Source: Elusimicrobiota bacterium (lineage in GTDB: Bacteria; CAYTYR01; UBA6262). Taken from it: a stretch of 64,000 nt of DNA. The stretch lies in assembly GCA_003153935.1 (NCBI GenBank), contig PMCA01000027.1:9405-73404 (forward strand), written 5' to 3'. Below, piece after piece: positions 1-10,346 of this stretch (positions are counted from its first letter, which is position 1; each line of letters opens with the position of its first letter). The notes beneath the pieces are model-generated. The model was given only the letters and a program-made list of their open reading frames with translations. It made no database searches and had not been told where the DNA came from. A program made the translations under genes and the position numbers.

Positions 1-2459
1 CTTATATCCGGATTGCCCAATTTCCCGCGGGCTTCCAGCGTAGCGTCGGTGAACCCCTGGGCCTGGGAAAGGACCGGGAAAAAGTTCCGCAAAAAATCAA
101 TCGGCAATTTTTCTAGCTGTACCTTCAGGTCCAGTTGGCTTTGCCAGATGTCCGGCAGTGGCTTGGTCATATCCAATGGATAGTACAAACTGCCGTTGAC
201 CACGAAGGCTTCTTGTGGCGCGCAATTGGCTTGGCCCTGCAACTTCCACCAGCCATCGGCCAATTCCAAGTTCAGTTCATAGGTAGTGAAACATACCGGT
301 TTCAGCTCTAACCCGGCGGTTTCTATCCTGGCTTTCAGTTGCGGGTTGGCCGCCGTACCGGTAATGGAGATAAAACTGTTAAGCGTACCGTTCAGCTGGT
401 CCTCTGCGAAAAAGGACTGGTTAAAAGCATTCAGTTGTATGTTTTCCAGGCTAAAATTAAAATCCAACGGTCCCTGCCAATCCAGCGTCCCTTTGGCTCT
501 TAACAATTGCCCCCGGTTACCCAATACCAAATCGGATACGGCCAATAACCTGGGACCGGTCTTTACGGTAAATTCTTTGGCATTGGTCCAGATCTGGTCC
601 AAGTACTGCAGCTTCAACAGGTCAATGGTTGTGAGTACCGGGCTGGAACGGAAATCGGTATTGCCGCTGAGCTCGATATTCTGATCGGCATTAGCCGTCA
701 GGCTTAATTCGTAACTTAGTTTCTTGTCCTGGTAAGACCCGTGCCAGCCTAATTTCGAAAGATAATATTGCTTGTATTTTAAATGGGTACCGTTCAAGTA
801 CCAATCGGCTTGGGGATTGGCGGTTTCACCGGTAATGTTACCTTCCAGGCTGAGCTGTCCGGTCATTTTATAATCCGGGAATACATTCCTTAGCAGACTG
901 AGGTCCTGGACCTTGATCCAAGTGTGCAGGTCGGTCTGTCCCTTAAAATCGACCACGCCCTTTATATCCGCTTGCGCCAGGTCACTTAATAGATCCATGT
1001 TTTCCAGATCAAGTTTTTGTCCCAACCACTTAGCTTTCAGGTCCAGCTTGCTGATTTTTATTTTGGAAAAATTACTGGGCAGCAGTGTCAAGTGCATGCT
1101 CACATTGGCCTTTTTCCAATCCGCACCTTGTAAATTACCAAAGGTCAGCGCCAGTTCCCCGTTTAAATTACTGCCTAAATAAATATTTTTCATGATCGAT
1201 TTAACGTTAAACTGGTCAAAGGCAACAGTAAAATTACCGGCTTCCGGTACCCAACTGTCGCTCAGGGGCCCTAACCGGCTCTTTACGGTGAAATGGCCAA
1301 AATTAGTATTGATCAGATTGCCTGCCAGGGTGATCAATCCCTCAGCGTAATGTAAGTTCAGCTGGGACGGGAATATCTGGTACGGTCCGAAATATGAATC
1401 CTCGCCTAAAACCTCAAAATCCCCGCTATGCGCTAGTTCCAGGTTATGTTCGCCGGCACCGTTGATCTTGAAATTAAGATCGGTTTCACCCAGATCATTG
1501 AGAGCGAAGTCCGGCAGGTTTAAATGCTTGATCTCGCCATTGAGGGAGTAACGATAATTCTTCAGGTCAGTCAGGTTCATCCAGCCATGCCAATTAGTTT
1601 CTGTTTGCCCGCAATTTAGTTTCAGGGCGCAATTCAACCGGGATAATTTACCGGCGGCGGCCAAATCTATTTTTAGCGGTTTGATCCTGGCGCTCCGTTC
1701 GGCCAATCCCAGATCGGCCAAAACCAGGGGTTTGGTTATAAGTTTAAAGTAGACCTGGGGAGAGAGAAAATCCCGCAAATAACCATCGAGATATATATTT
1801 GAACGCGGTAGTTTCACCTTGAACCCCGAGAGACGCAAGTCCTGGGGCGTGTAAACTATCCCACCGCTGGCTTTGAGCACTGAAACCAGCGGCTGGGCGC
1901 AGATAAAACTTAAGTTGCTTACATCTAATTTGGCGATAGAATTATGGACATCATAATATAAACCGGCTTTAAGATCAATATTCTCCATTAATATTTGCTT
2001 GTTATCCGATCGTTCCAGCCTTAATTCGCTAGACGCCACCGTGATATTACTGATATCGATAAATTTAAGGAACGAACTGGATGCTTCCGTCTTCTCGGCC
2101 TTTAGCGGAACCGGCGGTGCTGGCAAGGCCGCGGCCACTTTTATCTTCAGGTCACTGCTTTCCAGTTCATCAATATTAACGTAACCCCACAGTAAGAGAT
2201 AGGGATGGTATTTAAAACTGATCCGGCGGCAAGCCAGATAAAAATCAGCCGTTTTAATTTCCACGTTTTCCAGGATAACCTGACGGCTAAAGCCCCCCTT
2301 AATATTGCCGATCTTTATGATGCTTTGCGTACTGGCGGAAATCCGCCGCAAAATATAATTTCTCACACCCCTCTGTATGGCTGGGATAGACAGCACCAGA
2401 GTCCCCAGCACCAGCAAGGCTATCACAGCTATAATTAATTTTTTTAGAAACTTGCGCAT
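1..2459 (-). CDS. tamB: TamB-like translocation and assembly module protein (AsmA/DUF490 family). Only the N-terminal ~819 aa are in the window; the gene runs off the window start.
   Basis: Reverse-complement translation from ATG at 2457-2459 gives MRKFLKKLIIAVIALLVLGTLVLSIPAIQRG..., an N-terminal signal-anchor, and the frame stays open to position 1. It begins 8 nt after the TamA-like stop, the classic tamA-tamB arrangement. It is absent from the ORF track because its stop lies outside the window. Confidence 0.55.
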   Translation of the reverse strand, partial: MRKFLKKLIIAVIALLVLGTLVLSIPAIQRGVRNYILRRISASTQSIIKIGNIKGGFSRQVILENVEIKTADFYLACRRISFKYHPYLLLWGYVNIDELESSDLKIKVAAALPAPPVPLKAEKTEASSSFLKFIDISNITVASSELRLERSDNKQILMENIDLKAGLYYDVHNSIAKLDVSNLSFICAQPLVSVLKASGGIVYTPQDLRLSGFKVKLPRSNIYLDGYLRDFLSPQVYFKLITKPLVLADLGLAERSARIKPLKIDLAAAGKLSRLNCALKLNCGQTETNWHGWMNLTDLKNYRYSLNGEIKHLNLPDFALNDLGETDLNFKINGAGEHNLELAHSGDFEVLGEDSYFGPYQIFPSQLNLHYAEGLITLAGNLINTNFGHFTVKSRLGPLSDSWVPEAGNFTVAFDQFNVKSIMKNIYLGSNLNGELALTFGNLQGADWKKANVSMHLTLLPSNFSKIKISKLDLKAKWLGQKLDLENMDLLSDLAQADIKGVVDFKGQTDLHTWIKVQDLSLLRNVFPDYKMTGQLSLEGNITGETANPQADWYLNGTHLKYKQYYLSKLGWHGSYQDKKLSYELSLTANADQNIELSGNTDFRSSPVLTTIDLLKLQYLDQIWTNAKEFTVKTGPRLLAVSDLVLGNRGQLLRAKGTLDWQGPLDFNFSLENIQLNAFNQSFFAEDQLNGTLNSFISITGTAANPQLKARIETAGLELKPVCFTTYELNLELADGWWKLQGQANCAPQEAFVVNGSLYYPLDMTKPLPDIWQSQLDLKVQLEKLPIDFLRNFFPVLSQAQGFTDATLEARGKLGNPDI

Positions 2460-2466
2460 AAAAGCC

Positions 2467-4278
2467 TCAGAAAGCTTGTCCGATGTTAACGTATATTTTA
2501 TACCGGCTGGTGCCCTGATAAGGTTTAAGCTTGTAACCGTAGTCCAGCCGTATAGGCCCGATGGGGGTATTATAGCGCAACCCCAACCCGGCGGTGGTCA
2601 GTAGCCCGTTTATAGTGTATTGCTTAGTATCAGCATAAACCTCTCCGTAGTCATAGAACAGGACTGCACCAAAATCCCGGTAAAGCGGGAACCTCATCTC
2701 CAGGTTACCTTCCCACTGCGAATTACCGCCCATCGGATTGTCGCTGGCGTCATGCGGACCCAGTTCCTGATAGGAATAACCCCGGACGCTGTAACTGCCG
2801 CCTGAGAAAAATCTCTTAAAGATCGGGAGGCTAGGACTATCGAAGATCGTCCGCGCGTAACCGAACTGGTTACGCCAGGCCAGGACCAGGTAGTCATTGA
2901 CCGGATAGAAATATTTATATTCCCAGATACCCCTCAGGAAACTAACCGAGGAACCTAAGTATTTGGGAGTGAATTCCCAGGTGAAGGAATCGATCTGTCC
3001 TTGTTTAGGATTAAAAATATCTTCCGTGGTCTTGTGCTGGAATCCGGTATTGAAGGAACTGAGGATATACCTGTGGGCGAACCCGGTATCCACATTATAA
3101 GATACAGCCGGATCGGTGATGAAGATTAAGTCCCTTTCCACCTGATAACCGAAGAAAACATTCAGCTTGGGAGTCAGGCTTCTTAAAATACGGGACAGCC
3201 CGGTCACCTTCTCCTGACGGTAGTAGTTATAGAAATCTTTTTCATAACCGACGCTGGTGATCAGGCTGGTAAACCGGTCGCTGAAATAAGGCTGGGTAAA
3301 ATTGACCGTTAATAAATGCTGCATAACCGCCAGTTTGCCGTTTATTTCCAGGTTGCCCCCCAGGCGGCCAAAATTCAGCAGTTTCCAAAAAGCCTGTATG
3401 CGTTCCCGGTCCTCGGCACCGTAGCCGGGCCCGATCTTCAAGTTGTAGAAGGGCCTTTCCTCTACCTGGAGGTTAATATCCAGGATCGACGGATCGTCCG
3501 GACGCGGCACCGGCTGCAGCGAGACCGATTTAAAAAATCCCAGGTCAAATATCCGGCGTTGGCTCTCGTTCAGTTTGCTGGCGTTAAAGATCTCTTTCCC
3601 GTTAAAGGTCAATTCGCGGGTGATCAGGCCCTCGCGCACATTGCGGGTGCCGGTGACCTTGATCAGGCCGAACTTTTGCATAGGTCCGCTTTGCAGGGTA
3701 TATTCCACTTTAGCTGAGCGCTGGACCCGGTCCATTAGCACCCGGCCGGTGAGCGAGGCCTCATAATAGCCATGGTCCGCCAGTATGGCCAGGATAACCT
3801 TCTTGGAATCATCGTAATTTTTATAAGAAAATATCCCGTTCTCATTGATCTTAAGGTTCTTATAGAGCAGTTTCTTAACTTCCGGGCTTATGCCGCCATC
3901 GTTCAGGATATCTATTTTACTGATCTTGAAATAATAACCCTCTTGGATATTCAAGCTGATATTCATTTTCTTCTTGGGCAGGAGTTTAAAAGTCGGGGTG
4001 ATCAAAGTGTCGTAAAACCCGCTATCTTCATAAAATATCACGATCCGGTCCAGATCGCTTTGGAGTACCTCGGCGTCAAAATAGCTGTTCTTGGCCCACA
4101 GCTTTCTTTCCTTCAGCTTCATTTGCGCTTTGATCTCAAAGGGCAGGAATTTCTTGACCCCTTCCAGATAGATCTGGTTTACCTGCAGATCTTTCGCGGC
4201 CGGCGCCTCATCCAGGGTCTGCGCCCGCAAGATCCCGGCGCTTAAGCATAAAATTAGTATGACCAACAATTTCTTCAT
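2467..4278 (-). CDS. tamA: TamA-like Omp85-family outer membrane protein (POTRA repeats plus beta-barrel)
   Basis: Signal peptide MKKLLVILILCLSAGILRAQ, POTRA-like repeats, and a C-terminal beta-barrel ending in ...NIGQAF (aromatic terminal residue typical of OMPs). Start reassigned from the track's 4323 to the ATG at 4278 (RBS AAGGGAAA), because a GC-rich terminator hairpin occupies 4298-4326. Confidence 0.7.
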   Translation of the reverse strand: MKKLLVILILCLSAGILRAQTLDEAPAAKDLQVNQIYLEGVKKFLPFEIKAQMKLKERKLWAKNSYFDAEVLQSDLDRIVIFYEDSGFYDTLITPTFKLLPKKKMNISLNIQEGYYFKISKIDILNDGGISPEVKKLLYKNLKINENGIFSYKNYDDSKKVILAILADHGYYEASLTGRVLMDRVQRSAKVEYTLQSGPMQKFGLIKVTGTRNVREGLITRELTFNGKEIFNASKLNESQRRIFDLGFFKSVSLQPVPRPDDPSILDINLQVEERPFYNLKIGPGYGAEDRERIQAFWKLLNFGRLGGNLEINGKLAVMQHLLTVNFTQPYFSDRFTSLITSVGYEKDFYNYYRQEKVTGLSRILRSLTPKLNVFFGYQVERDLIFITDPAVSYNVDTGFAHRYILSSFNTGFQHKTTEDIFNPKQGQIDSFTWEFTPKYLGSSVSFLRGIWEYKYFYPVNDYLVLAWRNQFGYARTIFDSPSLPIFKRFFSGGSYSVRGYSYQELGPHDASDNPMGGNSQWEGNLEMRFPLYRDFGAVLFYDYGEVYADTKQYTINGLLTTAGLGLRYNTPIGPIRLDYGYKLKPYQGTSRYKIYVNIGQAF

Positions 4279-4280
4279 GA

Positions 4281-4326
4281 TTTCCCTTAAAAGGAAAAGG
4301 GTGGTTGTAAAATATACAACCACCCT
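4281..4326 (-). terminator. Rho-independent terminator downstream of ppdK
   Basis: 12-bp perfect stem AGGGUGGUUGUA / UACAACCACCCU with a 5-nt loop, followed on the minus strand by UUUCCUUUU. It sits between the ppdK stop (4410) and the tamA-like ATG (4278). Confidence 0.65.
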
Positions 4327-4409
4327 TAGGTTTAGTGTGACCTCATATCCATAGATCGTCCTCTTATACTTCGGCTTTGCTCAGTATAACCCTGAGCCCG
4401 TCGAACGGG

Positions 4410-7160
4410 TCATTTTTTCTTGCTTTTACCTTCAACCACGGCCTGCGCCGCAGCCAGCCTGGCGATCGGGACTCGGAACGGCGAACAACTGACATAGTTC
4501 ATGCCCACCCGGTGACAGAACTTGACGCTTTCGGCGTCCCCACCGTGTTCGCCGCAGATGCCGATCTTCAGGTCTTTCTTGGTCTTGCGGCCGCGGTCGA
4601 TGCCCATCTTGATCAATTCGCCGACGCCTTCCTGGTCAATAGTCTGGAAGGGATCATCCGGCAGGATCTTTTTCTCCAGGTAATCCGGCAGGAATCCACC
4701 CATATCGTCGCGCGAGAAGCCGAAACTCATCTGGGTCAAGTCGTTGGTGCCGAAGGAGAAGAATTGCGCCACTTCCGCTATCTTGCCGCTGACGACGCAG
4801 GCCCTCGGTATCTCGATCATGGTGCCGACCATATGGTCGATCTTCTTCAAGCCGTATTTTTTCAGCACTTCCTGGTAAACTCTGGCAACAATCTCTTTCT
4901 GGTTGACAATTTCCGCTACCAGACTGACCACCGGTATCATGATCTCCGGCATGACTTTCTTGCCAGCCTTCAGTAATTCAGCCGTGGACTCGAATATCGC
5001 CCGAACCTGCATCTCAGTCACTTCCGGATAGGTGATGCCCAGCCTGACGCCGCGGTGGCCCATCATGGGATTGGACTCGCGCAGCACTGAGGCGCGTTTG
5101 GATAATTCTTCCATACTGATATTAAGGCTGTTAGCCAGTTCCTGTAATTTCTCTGTTTCATGGGGCACGAATTCATGCAGCGGCGGGTCCAGCAACCGGA
5201 TGGTTACCGGTAGCCCTTCCATGGCTGCCAGTGTGGCTTTGATATCATTCTTGACATGGGGGAAGAGTTCGGCTAAAGCCGCCCTTCTTTCGTCCACGGT
5301 CTTGGAAACTATCATCTTGCGCAGCTTGAAGAGAGGCTGTTCGCTGTTCTTACCGTAGAACATGTGCTCCGTACGGAAAAGGCCGATGCCTTCCGCGCCA
5401 AAAGCCCGCGCCCTGGCCGCATCTTCCGGCGTATCCGCGTTGGTCCTCACTTTAAGCTTCCTGACCGCGTCGCACACTTTCAGGAATTCATTGAGCACCG
5501 CGTTCTCTTCCGAAGCATCTACCATCGGCAGCTGTCCTTCATAGACATAACCTTTGGTGCCATTCAAAGTAATCCACTCACCCTCTCTGAGGGTTTTGCC
5601 ATTGACGGTTACAGTCTTGGCATGATGGTCCACTTGCAGAGCTCCGCAGCCGACTATGCAGCATTTGCCCCATCCGCGCGCTACCAGAGCTGCGTGGGAA
5701 GTCATGCCGCCTCTGGCGGTCAGGATAGCCTGGGCCGCTCTCATGCCCTCGACATCTTCCGGATTGGTCTCTTCGCGCACCAGAATAACTTTTTTGCCTT
5801 CCTTATTCCAGTTAACCGCGTCTACGGCATTGAAAACGATCATGCCTTTGGCCCCTCCGGGACCGGCCGGCAATCCTTTGGCTAGCGGAGTGTAGGTCTT
5901 CTCTGCCTTGGGGTCAATGATAGGATGCAATAATTCATCCAGCTGGGCCGCGGTGACTCTGGTAACGGCAATCTCTTTGGTTATCAATTTTTCTTTGACC
6001 ATATCGGCGGCCATTCTTACTGCAGCCGGGCCATTCCTCTTGCCGATGCGGCATTGCAGCATATAAAGCACGCCTTTTTCAATCGTAAACTCAATATCCA
6101 GCATATCATGATAATGTTTCTCCAGTCTTTGCTGAATATCATCGAGTTCCTTATATATACGCGGCATACCCTTGGCCAAAATCACCAGGTCCTTATTATG
6201 CTCGCTCTGGCTGTATTCATTGATCGGCGCCGGGGTGCGGGTTCCCGCGACCACGTCCTCACCCTGGGCATTGACCAGGTATTCGCCGTAGAATTTATTG
6301 GTGCCGTTGCCGGGATCGCGGGTAAAAGCCACGCCGGTCGCGCTGGTATCCCCCATGTTGCCGAAAACCATGGCCTGCACGTTCACTGCGGTGCCCCATT
6401 CATCCGGTATTCTCTCGATGCGGCGGTAACTGATCGCCCTCTTGCCGTTCCAGGACGCGAATACCGCGCCGACGCCGCCCCATAATTGTTTCATCGGGTC
6501 ATCCGGGAAACTGCTTCCCAGTACTTGTTGTATCTTTGCCTTAAATTGGATACAAAGATCTTTAAGGTCATTGGCATCAAGGTCAGTATCGGCCTTAGCG
6601 CCTCTCTGGCGTTTCTTCTCGGCCATCAGCCCTTCCAATTGTTTACGGATGCCCATTTCGCCTTTCGGCTCGATGCCGGCGGCCTTTTCCATCACCACGT
6701 CGGAATACATCATGATCAGGCGACGGTAAGCGTCATAAACGAATCTTTCGTTGCCGTTGGTCTGCTTGATCATACCCGGTATGGTTTTCTCGGTTAAGCC
6801 AACATTGAGTACGGTTTCCATCATGCCCGGCATAGATTTACGGGCGCCCGAACGCACCGAAACCAGGAGAGGATTCTCCTGGTCGCCGAATCTCTTGCCC
6901 ATTATTTTTTCAATTTTGGCCAGGGAAATTTCCACGTCTTTGGCCAGGGTTTTGGGATAGGTGCGCTTATTATCGTAGTAATAGGTGCAGACATCGGTGG
7001 TAATGGTGAATCCCGGCGGTACCGGGAGTTTTAATTTGGGATGGCCGGCCATCTCCGCCAGGTTAGCGCCTTTGCCGCCCAGCAGGTTTTTCATGCTCTC
7101 ATTCCCGTCGGCCTTGCCGCCGCCGAAAAAGTAAACGTACTTCTTGTTCTTTGCTGCCAT
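4410..7160 (-). CDS. ppdK: Pyruvate, phosphate dikinase
   Basis: 916 aa; N-terminal ATP-grasp region; central phospho-His motif GGMTSHAALVARGWGKCCIVGCG; C-terminal PEP-utilising TIM barrel. Strong RBS AAGGAGGAAG upstream of the ATG. Confidence 0.92.
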   Translation of the reverse strand: MAAKNKKYVYFFGGGKADGNESMKNLLGGKGANLAEMAGHPKLKLPVPPGFTITTDVCTYYYDNKRTYPKTLAKDVEISLAKIEKIMGKRFGDQENPLLVSVRSGARKSMPGMMETVLNVGLTEKTIPGMIKQTNGNERFVYDAYRRLIMMYSDVVMEKAAGIEPKGEMGIRKQLEGLMAEKKRQRGAKADTDLDANDLKDLCIQFKAKIQQVLGSSFPDDPMKQLWGGVGAVFASWNGKRAISYRRIERIPDEWGTAVNVQAMVFGNMGDTSATGVAFTRDPGNGTNKFYGEYLVNAQGEDVVAGTRTPAPINEYSQSEHNKDLVILAKGMPRIYKELDDIQQRLEKHYHDMLDIEFTIEKGVLYMLQCRIGKRNGPAAVRMAADMVKEKLITKEIAVTRVTAAQLDELLHPIIDPKAEKTYTPLAKGLPAGPGGAKGMIVFNAVDAVNWNKEGKKVILVREETNPEDVEGMRAAQAILTARGGMTSHAALVARGWGKCCIVGCGALQVDHHAKTVTVNGKTLREGEWITLNGTKGYVYEGQLPMVDASEENAVLNEFLKVCDAVRKLKVRTNADTPEDAARARAFGAEGIGLFRTEHMFYGKNSEQPLFKLRKMIVSKTVDERRAALAELFPHVKNDIKATLAAMEGLPVTIRLLDPPLHEFVPHETEKLQELANSLNISMEELSKRASVLRESNPMMGHRGVRLGITYPEVTEMQVRAIFESTAELLKAGKKVMPEIMIPVVSLVAEIVNQKEIVARVYQEVLKKYGLKKIDHMVGTMIEIPRACVVSGKIAEVAQFFSFGTNDLTQMSFGFSRDDMGGFLPDYLEKKILPDDPFQTIDQEGVGELIKMGIDRGRKTKKDLKIGICGEHGGDAESVKFCHRVGMNYVSCSPFRVPIARLAAAQAVVEGKSKKK

Positions 7161-7201
7161 TTCTTCTTCCTCCTTGATATTTGGGATCTAGCGCAGAGAT
7201 T

Positions 7202-7229
7202 AAAAAAGATGCCCCGATTAATATCGGGG
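7202..7229 (-). terminator. Rho-independent terminator downstream of glyS
   Basis: Minus strand reads ACCCCGAUAUUAAUCGGGGCAUCUUUUUU: a 7-bp GC-rich stem with a 4-nt loop followed by a U6 tract. Confidence 0.65.
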
Positions 7230-7322
7230 TAAAAGCACAGCTTTGCTTAGTCGTGATCTTTTATCCTGCCGCTTTTTATTTTTAAAATACTACCATAATC
7301 CGGGCCAAATGTAAAGTGGTTT

Positions 7323-9446
7323 TTAAGCGGTCTTAACCACCAGTTTAGAGATATCGGCGATCCGCAGGAACAACCCGGCGATCTCTTTTAGGAGGGTCAA
7401 GCGGTTATTCATCAGCTCGCGGTCCTCCACCATGACCATTACCTTTTCAAAAAACCGGTCAATGGCGGCGCGCAGGCTCACCAGCTCTTTCAGGGCCTGT
7501 TCATATTGCCCCTCAGCCAGGGCTTTCTCTACTTCCCCTTTGATCTGGGTGAATTTCTGGTATAGCTGCTGCTCGGCCTCATCAACCAGCTTGGCTTCAT
7601 TGAGGAAATTGCCCTCGGTCAGCAGCTTTTTATCCCGCGCCTGCCTCAGGATATTGTTAGCCCTCTTGAAACCCGCAGCAATGGGCTCAAAATCCGGCAG
7701 GTGACGCAGCGCGTGGACTGCCTGGGTCCGCTGCAGGGTATTATATACTTCGCTGTAACCTACATCCAGGACCGCAGCGATCTCATCATAAGACAGCTGA
7801 TAAGGTTCCTGTCCCAGTATATATTCCAGTCGTTCCCGGAAGAATTTCCAGGCCTTGTTCAATAATTCTCCGGTGTCGTTGATCGTGATGCCGGTTTCCC
7901 GCAGGATGCGGATTTCCTTTTCGATCAGCTCGAATAGCGAAAAATTCCATTTCTGGTCCAGGAGTATCCGTATAATGCCCTGGGCCTGGCGCCGCAGCGC
8001 GTAGGGATCGGCGCTGGAAGTCGGTATCAGCCCGATGGCAAAATCGCTGACTATGGTATCAAGTTTGTCCGCGACGCTGACAATGCCGCCAGTCACGGTC
8101 CGGGGTAAAAGGCCGGTCGCCGATAAAGGCAGGTAATGCTCATAGATCCCGCTGCTGACCTCTTCTTTTTCCTGGTACAGTTTGGCGTATTCCCGCCCTA
8201 CTATGCCCTGCAGTTCGGGGAATTCCTTGACCATTTCCGAGACCAGGTCCGCTTTACATAATAATGCGGTGCGCCGCACTTCCGCCAGGTTATAGCAGGT
8301 AAAAGGCAACTGGGCGCAGATATATTCGCTCAGTTTTATCACCCGTTCGGTCTTATTGTATAAACTGCCCAGTTTTTCCTGGAAAGTGACTCCCTTGAGT
8401 TTCTCCACGTTCTCTTCCAGATGGGCCTGGGTATCGACTTTATAAAAAAATTCCGCGTCTTCCAGCCGGGCAGCCAGGACCCGCTCATAACCGGCCCGCA
8501 CCACCGCGTTGGCTTTAGGATCGCCATTGGAGACGCCGATGAAATAAGGCGCCAGTTTCCCCTTACCGGTCACCAGCGAGAAATATTTCTGGTGGTGCCG
8601 CATGCAGGTGATCAGGACCTCTACCGGCAGGTTGAGATATTTAACGTCGAAAGTGCCCATGACCGCAGTAGGATATTCGGTCAGGTTGGTTACGGTGTCC
8701 AACAGGTCGTAATTCGCCAGGTCCGTCTCCACCTGGCCCTTGTTTTTCGCCAGTTTTTCCATCTGGCCCTCGATGATCTTCTTTCTCTCTTCCTGGCTGA
8801 CTATGACTTTAGCGCGAGCTAAAGTTTTAACGTATCCGGGAATGCTTGTGATGACGATCTCTTTATTGTTGGCCAGGATCAGGTGCCCGCGGCTCTTATT
8901 GCCGGCGGTTATGGAGCCCACTTTGATCTTCAAGGTCTGGTTACCCCATAATGCCACCAGGTATCGCAGGGGCCGGGCAAAACGCAGGTTATCCGCCTGC
9001 CAACGCATGGTTTTGGGGAAATACAGCTTCTGGATCATGGACGGCATTTCCTGCAATAGGATATCTTTGGTAGGCCGGCCTTTTTTGGTTTGGGAGAAAC
9101 ATAGATATTCTCCTTTTTCCGTCTTTTTCAATTTCAACTGCTGAGGTTTAATATTTTGTTTTTTAGCAAAGCCGATAGCCGCCTGGGTTAAATTGTCATG
9201 AGCGTCGTAGGCCACGCTTTTCGGCGGCCCAGTGACCTCATTATGCTGGTCCGGTTGCTTTTCGGCTATGCCCGTGGCGATCAACGTCAACCGCCGTGGC
9301 GTGCCCAGTACCGTAATTTTACCGCAGGGAATATTTTCCGCAATTAACAGGGCGGAGAAATCCTTATTAAGCTGGTGCAAGGCGGCATTCAAGTACCCCG
9401 CCGGTATTTCTTCCGTTCCGATCTCCAGTAAAAAATCTTTGGCCAT
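7323..9446 (-). CDS. glyS: Glycine--tRNA ligase beta subunit
   Basis: 707 aa, N-terminus MAKDFLLEIGTEEIPAGYL; it immediately follows glyQ with 0-nt spacing, the alpha2beta2 GlyRS arrangement. Confidence 0.9.
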   Translation of the reverse strand: MAKDFLLEIGTEEIPAGYLNAALHQLNKDFSALLIAENIPCGKITVLGTPRRLTLIATGIAEKQPDQHNEVTGPPKSVAYDAHDNLTQAAIGFAKKQNIKPQQLKLKKTEKGEYLCFSQTKKGRPTKDILLQEMPSMIQKLYFPKTMRWQADNLRFARPLRYLVALWGNQTLKIKVGSITAGNKSRGHLILANNKEIVITSIPGYVKTLARAKVIVSQEERKKIIEGQMEKLAKNKGQVETDLANYDLLDTVTNLTEYPTAVMGTFDVKYLNLPVEVLITCMRHHQKYFSLVTGKGKLAPYFIGVSNGDPKANAVVRAGYERVLAARLEDAEFFYKVDTQAHLEENVEKLKGVTFQEKLGSLYNKTERVIKLSEYICAQLPFTCYNLAEVRRTALLCKADLVSEMVKEFPELQGIVGREYAKLYQEKEEVSSGIYEHYLPLSATGLLPRTVTGGIVSVADKLDTIVSDFAIGLIPTSSADPYALRRQAQGIIRILLDQKWNFSLFELIEKEIRILRETGITINDTGELLNKAWKFFRERLEYILGQEPYQLSYDEIAAVLDVGYSEVYNTLQRTQAVHALRHLPDFEPIAAGFKRANNILRQARDKKLLTEGNFLNEAKLVDEAEQQLYQKFTQIKGEVEKALAEGQYEQALKELVSLRAAIDRFFEKVMVMVEDRELMNNRLTLLKEIAGLFLRIADISKLVVKTA

Positions 9447-10325
9447 TTATTTCTTCCCTTTCTTCAGTAAAGGATGTCCCAGGTCCTGCCGCAGTTTAAG
9501 GTATTCATCGGCGCAGCCGCGAGCCAGGTTCCTTACCCGGCCGATATAATTGGTCCGTTCCGAAACGCTGATCGCCCCGCGGGCTTCCAGCAGGTTAAAA
9601 GTGTGCGAGCATTTGATAACGTAATCATAGGCCGGCAGGACCAGCCCCTTTTCCACCAGCCGCAGGCACTCCCTCTCATACTGCTCGAATAGCCGGGCCA
9701 GCATTTTCACGTCGGCTTCCTCAAAATTATATTTAGAATACTGGATCTCGTTCTGATGGTATATTTCGCCATAGGTCACGCCGTTGGCCCATTCCACTTC
9801 ATAGACGTTTTTCTTTTTCTGGATATACGCCGCCAGCCGTTCCAGGCCGTAGGTCAGCTCCGCGGTTATCGGGTTTAGTTCTATGCCGCCGACTTGCTGG
9901 AAATAGGTGAACTGGGTTATCTCCATACCGTCCAGCCACACTTCCCAGCCGAGACCGCTGGCCCCCAGGGTCGGAGACTCCCAGTCATCTTCCACGAACC
10001 GGATATCGTGCTGCTGGGGAATAATGCCCACCGCTTTCAGGCTGCCCAGGTACAACTCCTGGATCTTCTCCGGGCTGGGCTTAATGATCACCTGGAACTG
10101 GAAATAATGCTGCATCCGGTTCGGGTTCTCGCCGTAGCGGCCATCCGTCGGCCGGCGGCAGGGTTCCACGTAACAGACCGCCCATGGTTCGGGGCCCAGC
10201 GCCCGCAGGAAAGTGGCCGGGTTGAACGTACCGGCGCCTACCTCCAGGCCGTAAGGTTGCACCAGCAGACAACCTTTATCCATCCAGTATTTTTGCAAAG
10301 TTGTAATGATCTCCTGAAAATTCAT
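9447..10325 (-). CDS. glyQ: Glycine--tRNA ligase alpha subunit
   Basis: 292 aa; [19 protein letters not shown]...[15 protein letters not shown], highly conserved in GlyQ. Confidence 0.92.
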   Translation of the reverse strand: MNFQEIITTLQKYWMDKGCLLVQPYGLEVGAGTFNPATFLRALGPEPWAVCYVEPCRRPTDGRYGENPNRMQHYFQFQVIIKPSPEKIQELYLGSLKAVGIIPQQHDIRFVEDDWESPTLGASGLGWEVWLDGMEITQFTYFQQVGGIELNPITAELTYGLERLAAYIQKKKNVYEVEWANGVTYGEIYHQNEIQYSKYNFEEADVKMLARLFEQYERECLRLVEKGLVLPAYDYVIKCSHTFNLLEARGAISVSERTNYIGRVRNLARGCADEYLKLRQDLGHPLLKKGKK

Positions 10326-10346
10326 TTACGCTCCTTGATTTTTCTC

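Noticed and set aside
2467-4323. ORF-track start for the TamA-like gene at 4323 (MVVYFTTTLFLLREIMKKLL...)
   Set aside because: That extension would translate through a 12-bp GC-rich hairpin plus U-tract that looks like the ppdK terminator. The ATG at 4278 gives a canonical signal peptide and has an RBS.
4395-4407. Short hairpin CCCGTcgaACGGG immediately after the ppdK stop
   Set aside because: Only a 5-bp stem and no U-tract. The stronger 12-bp hairpin 70 nt downstream is the likelier terminator.
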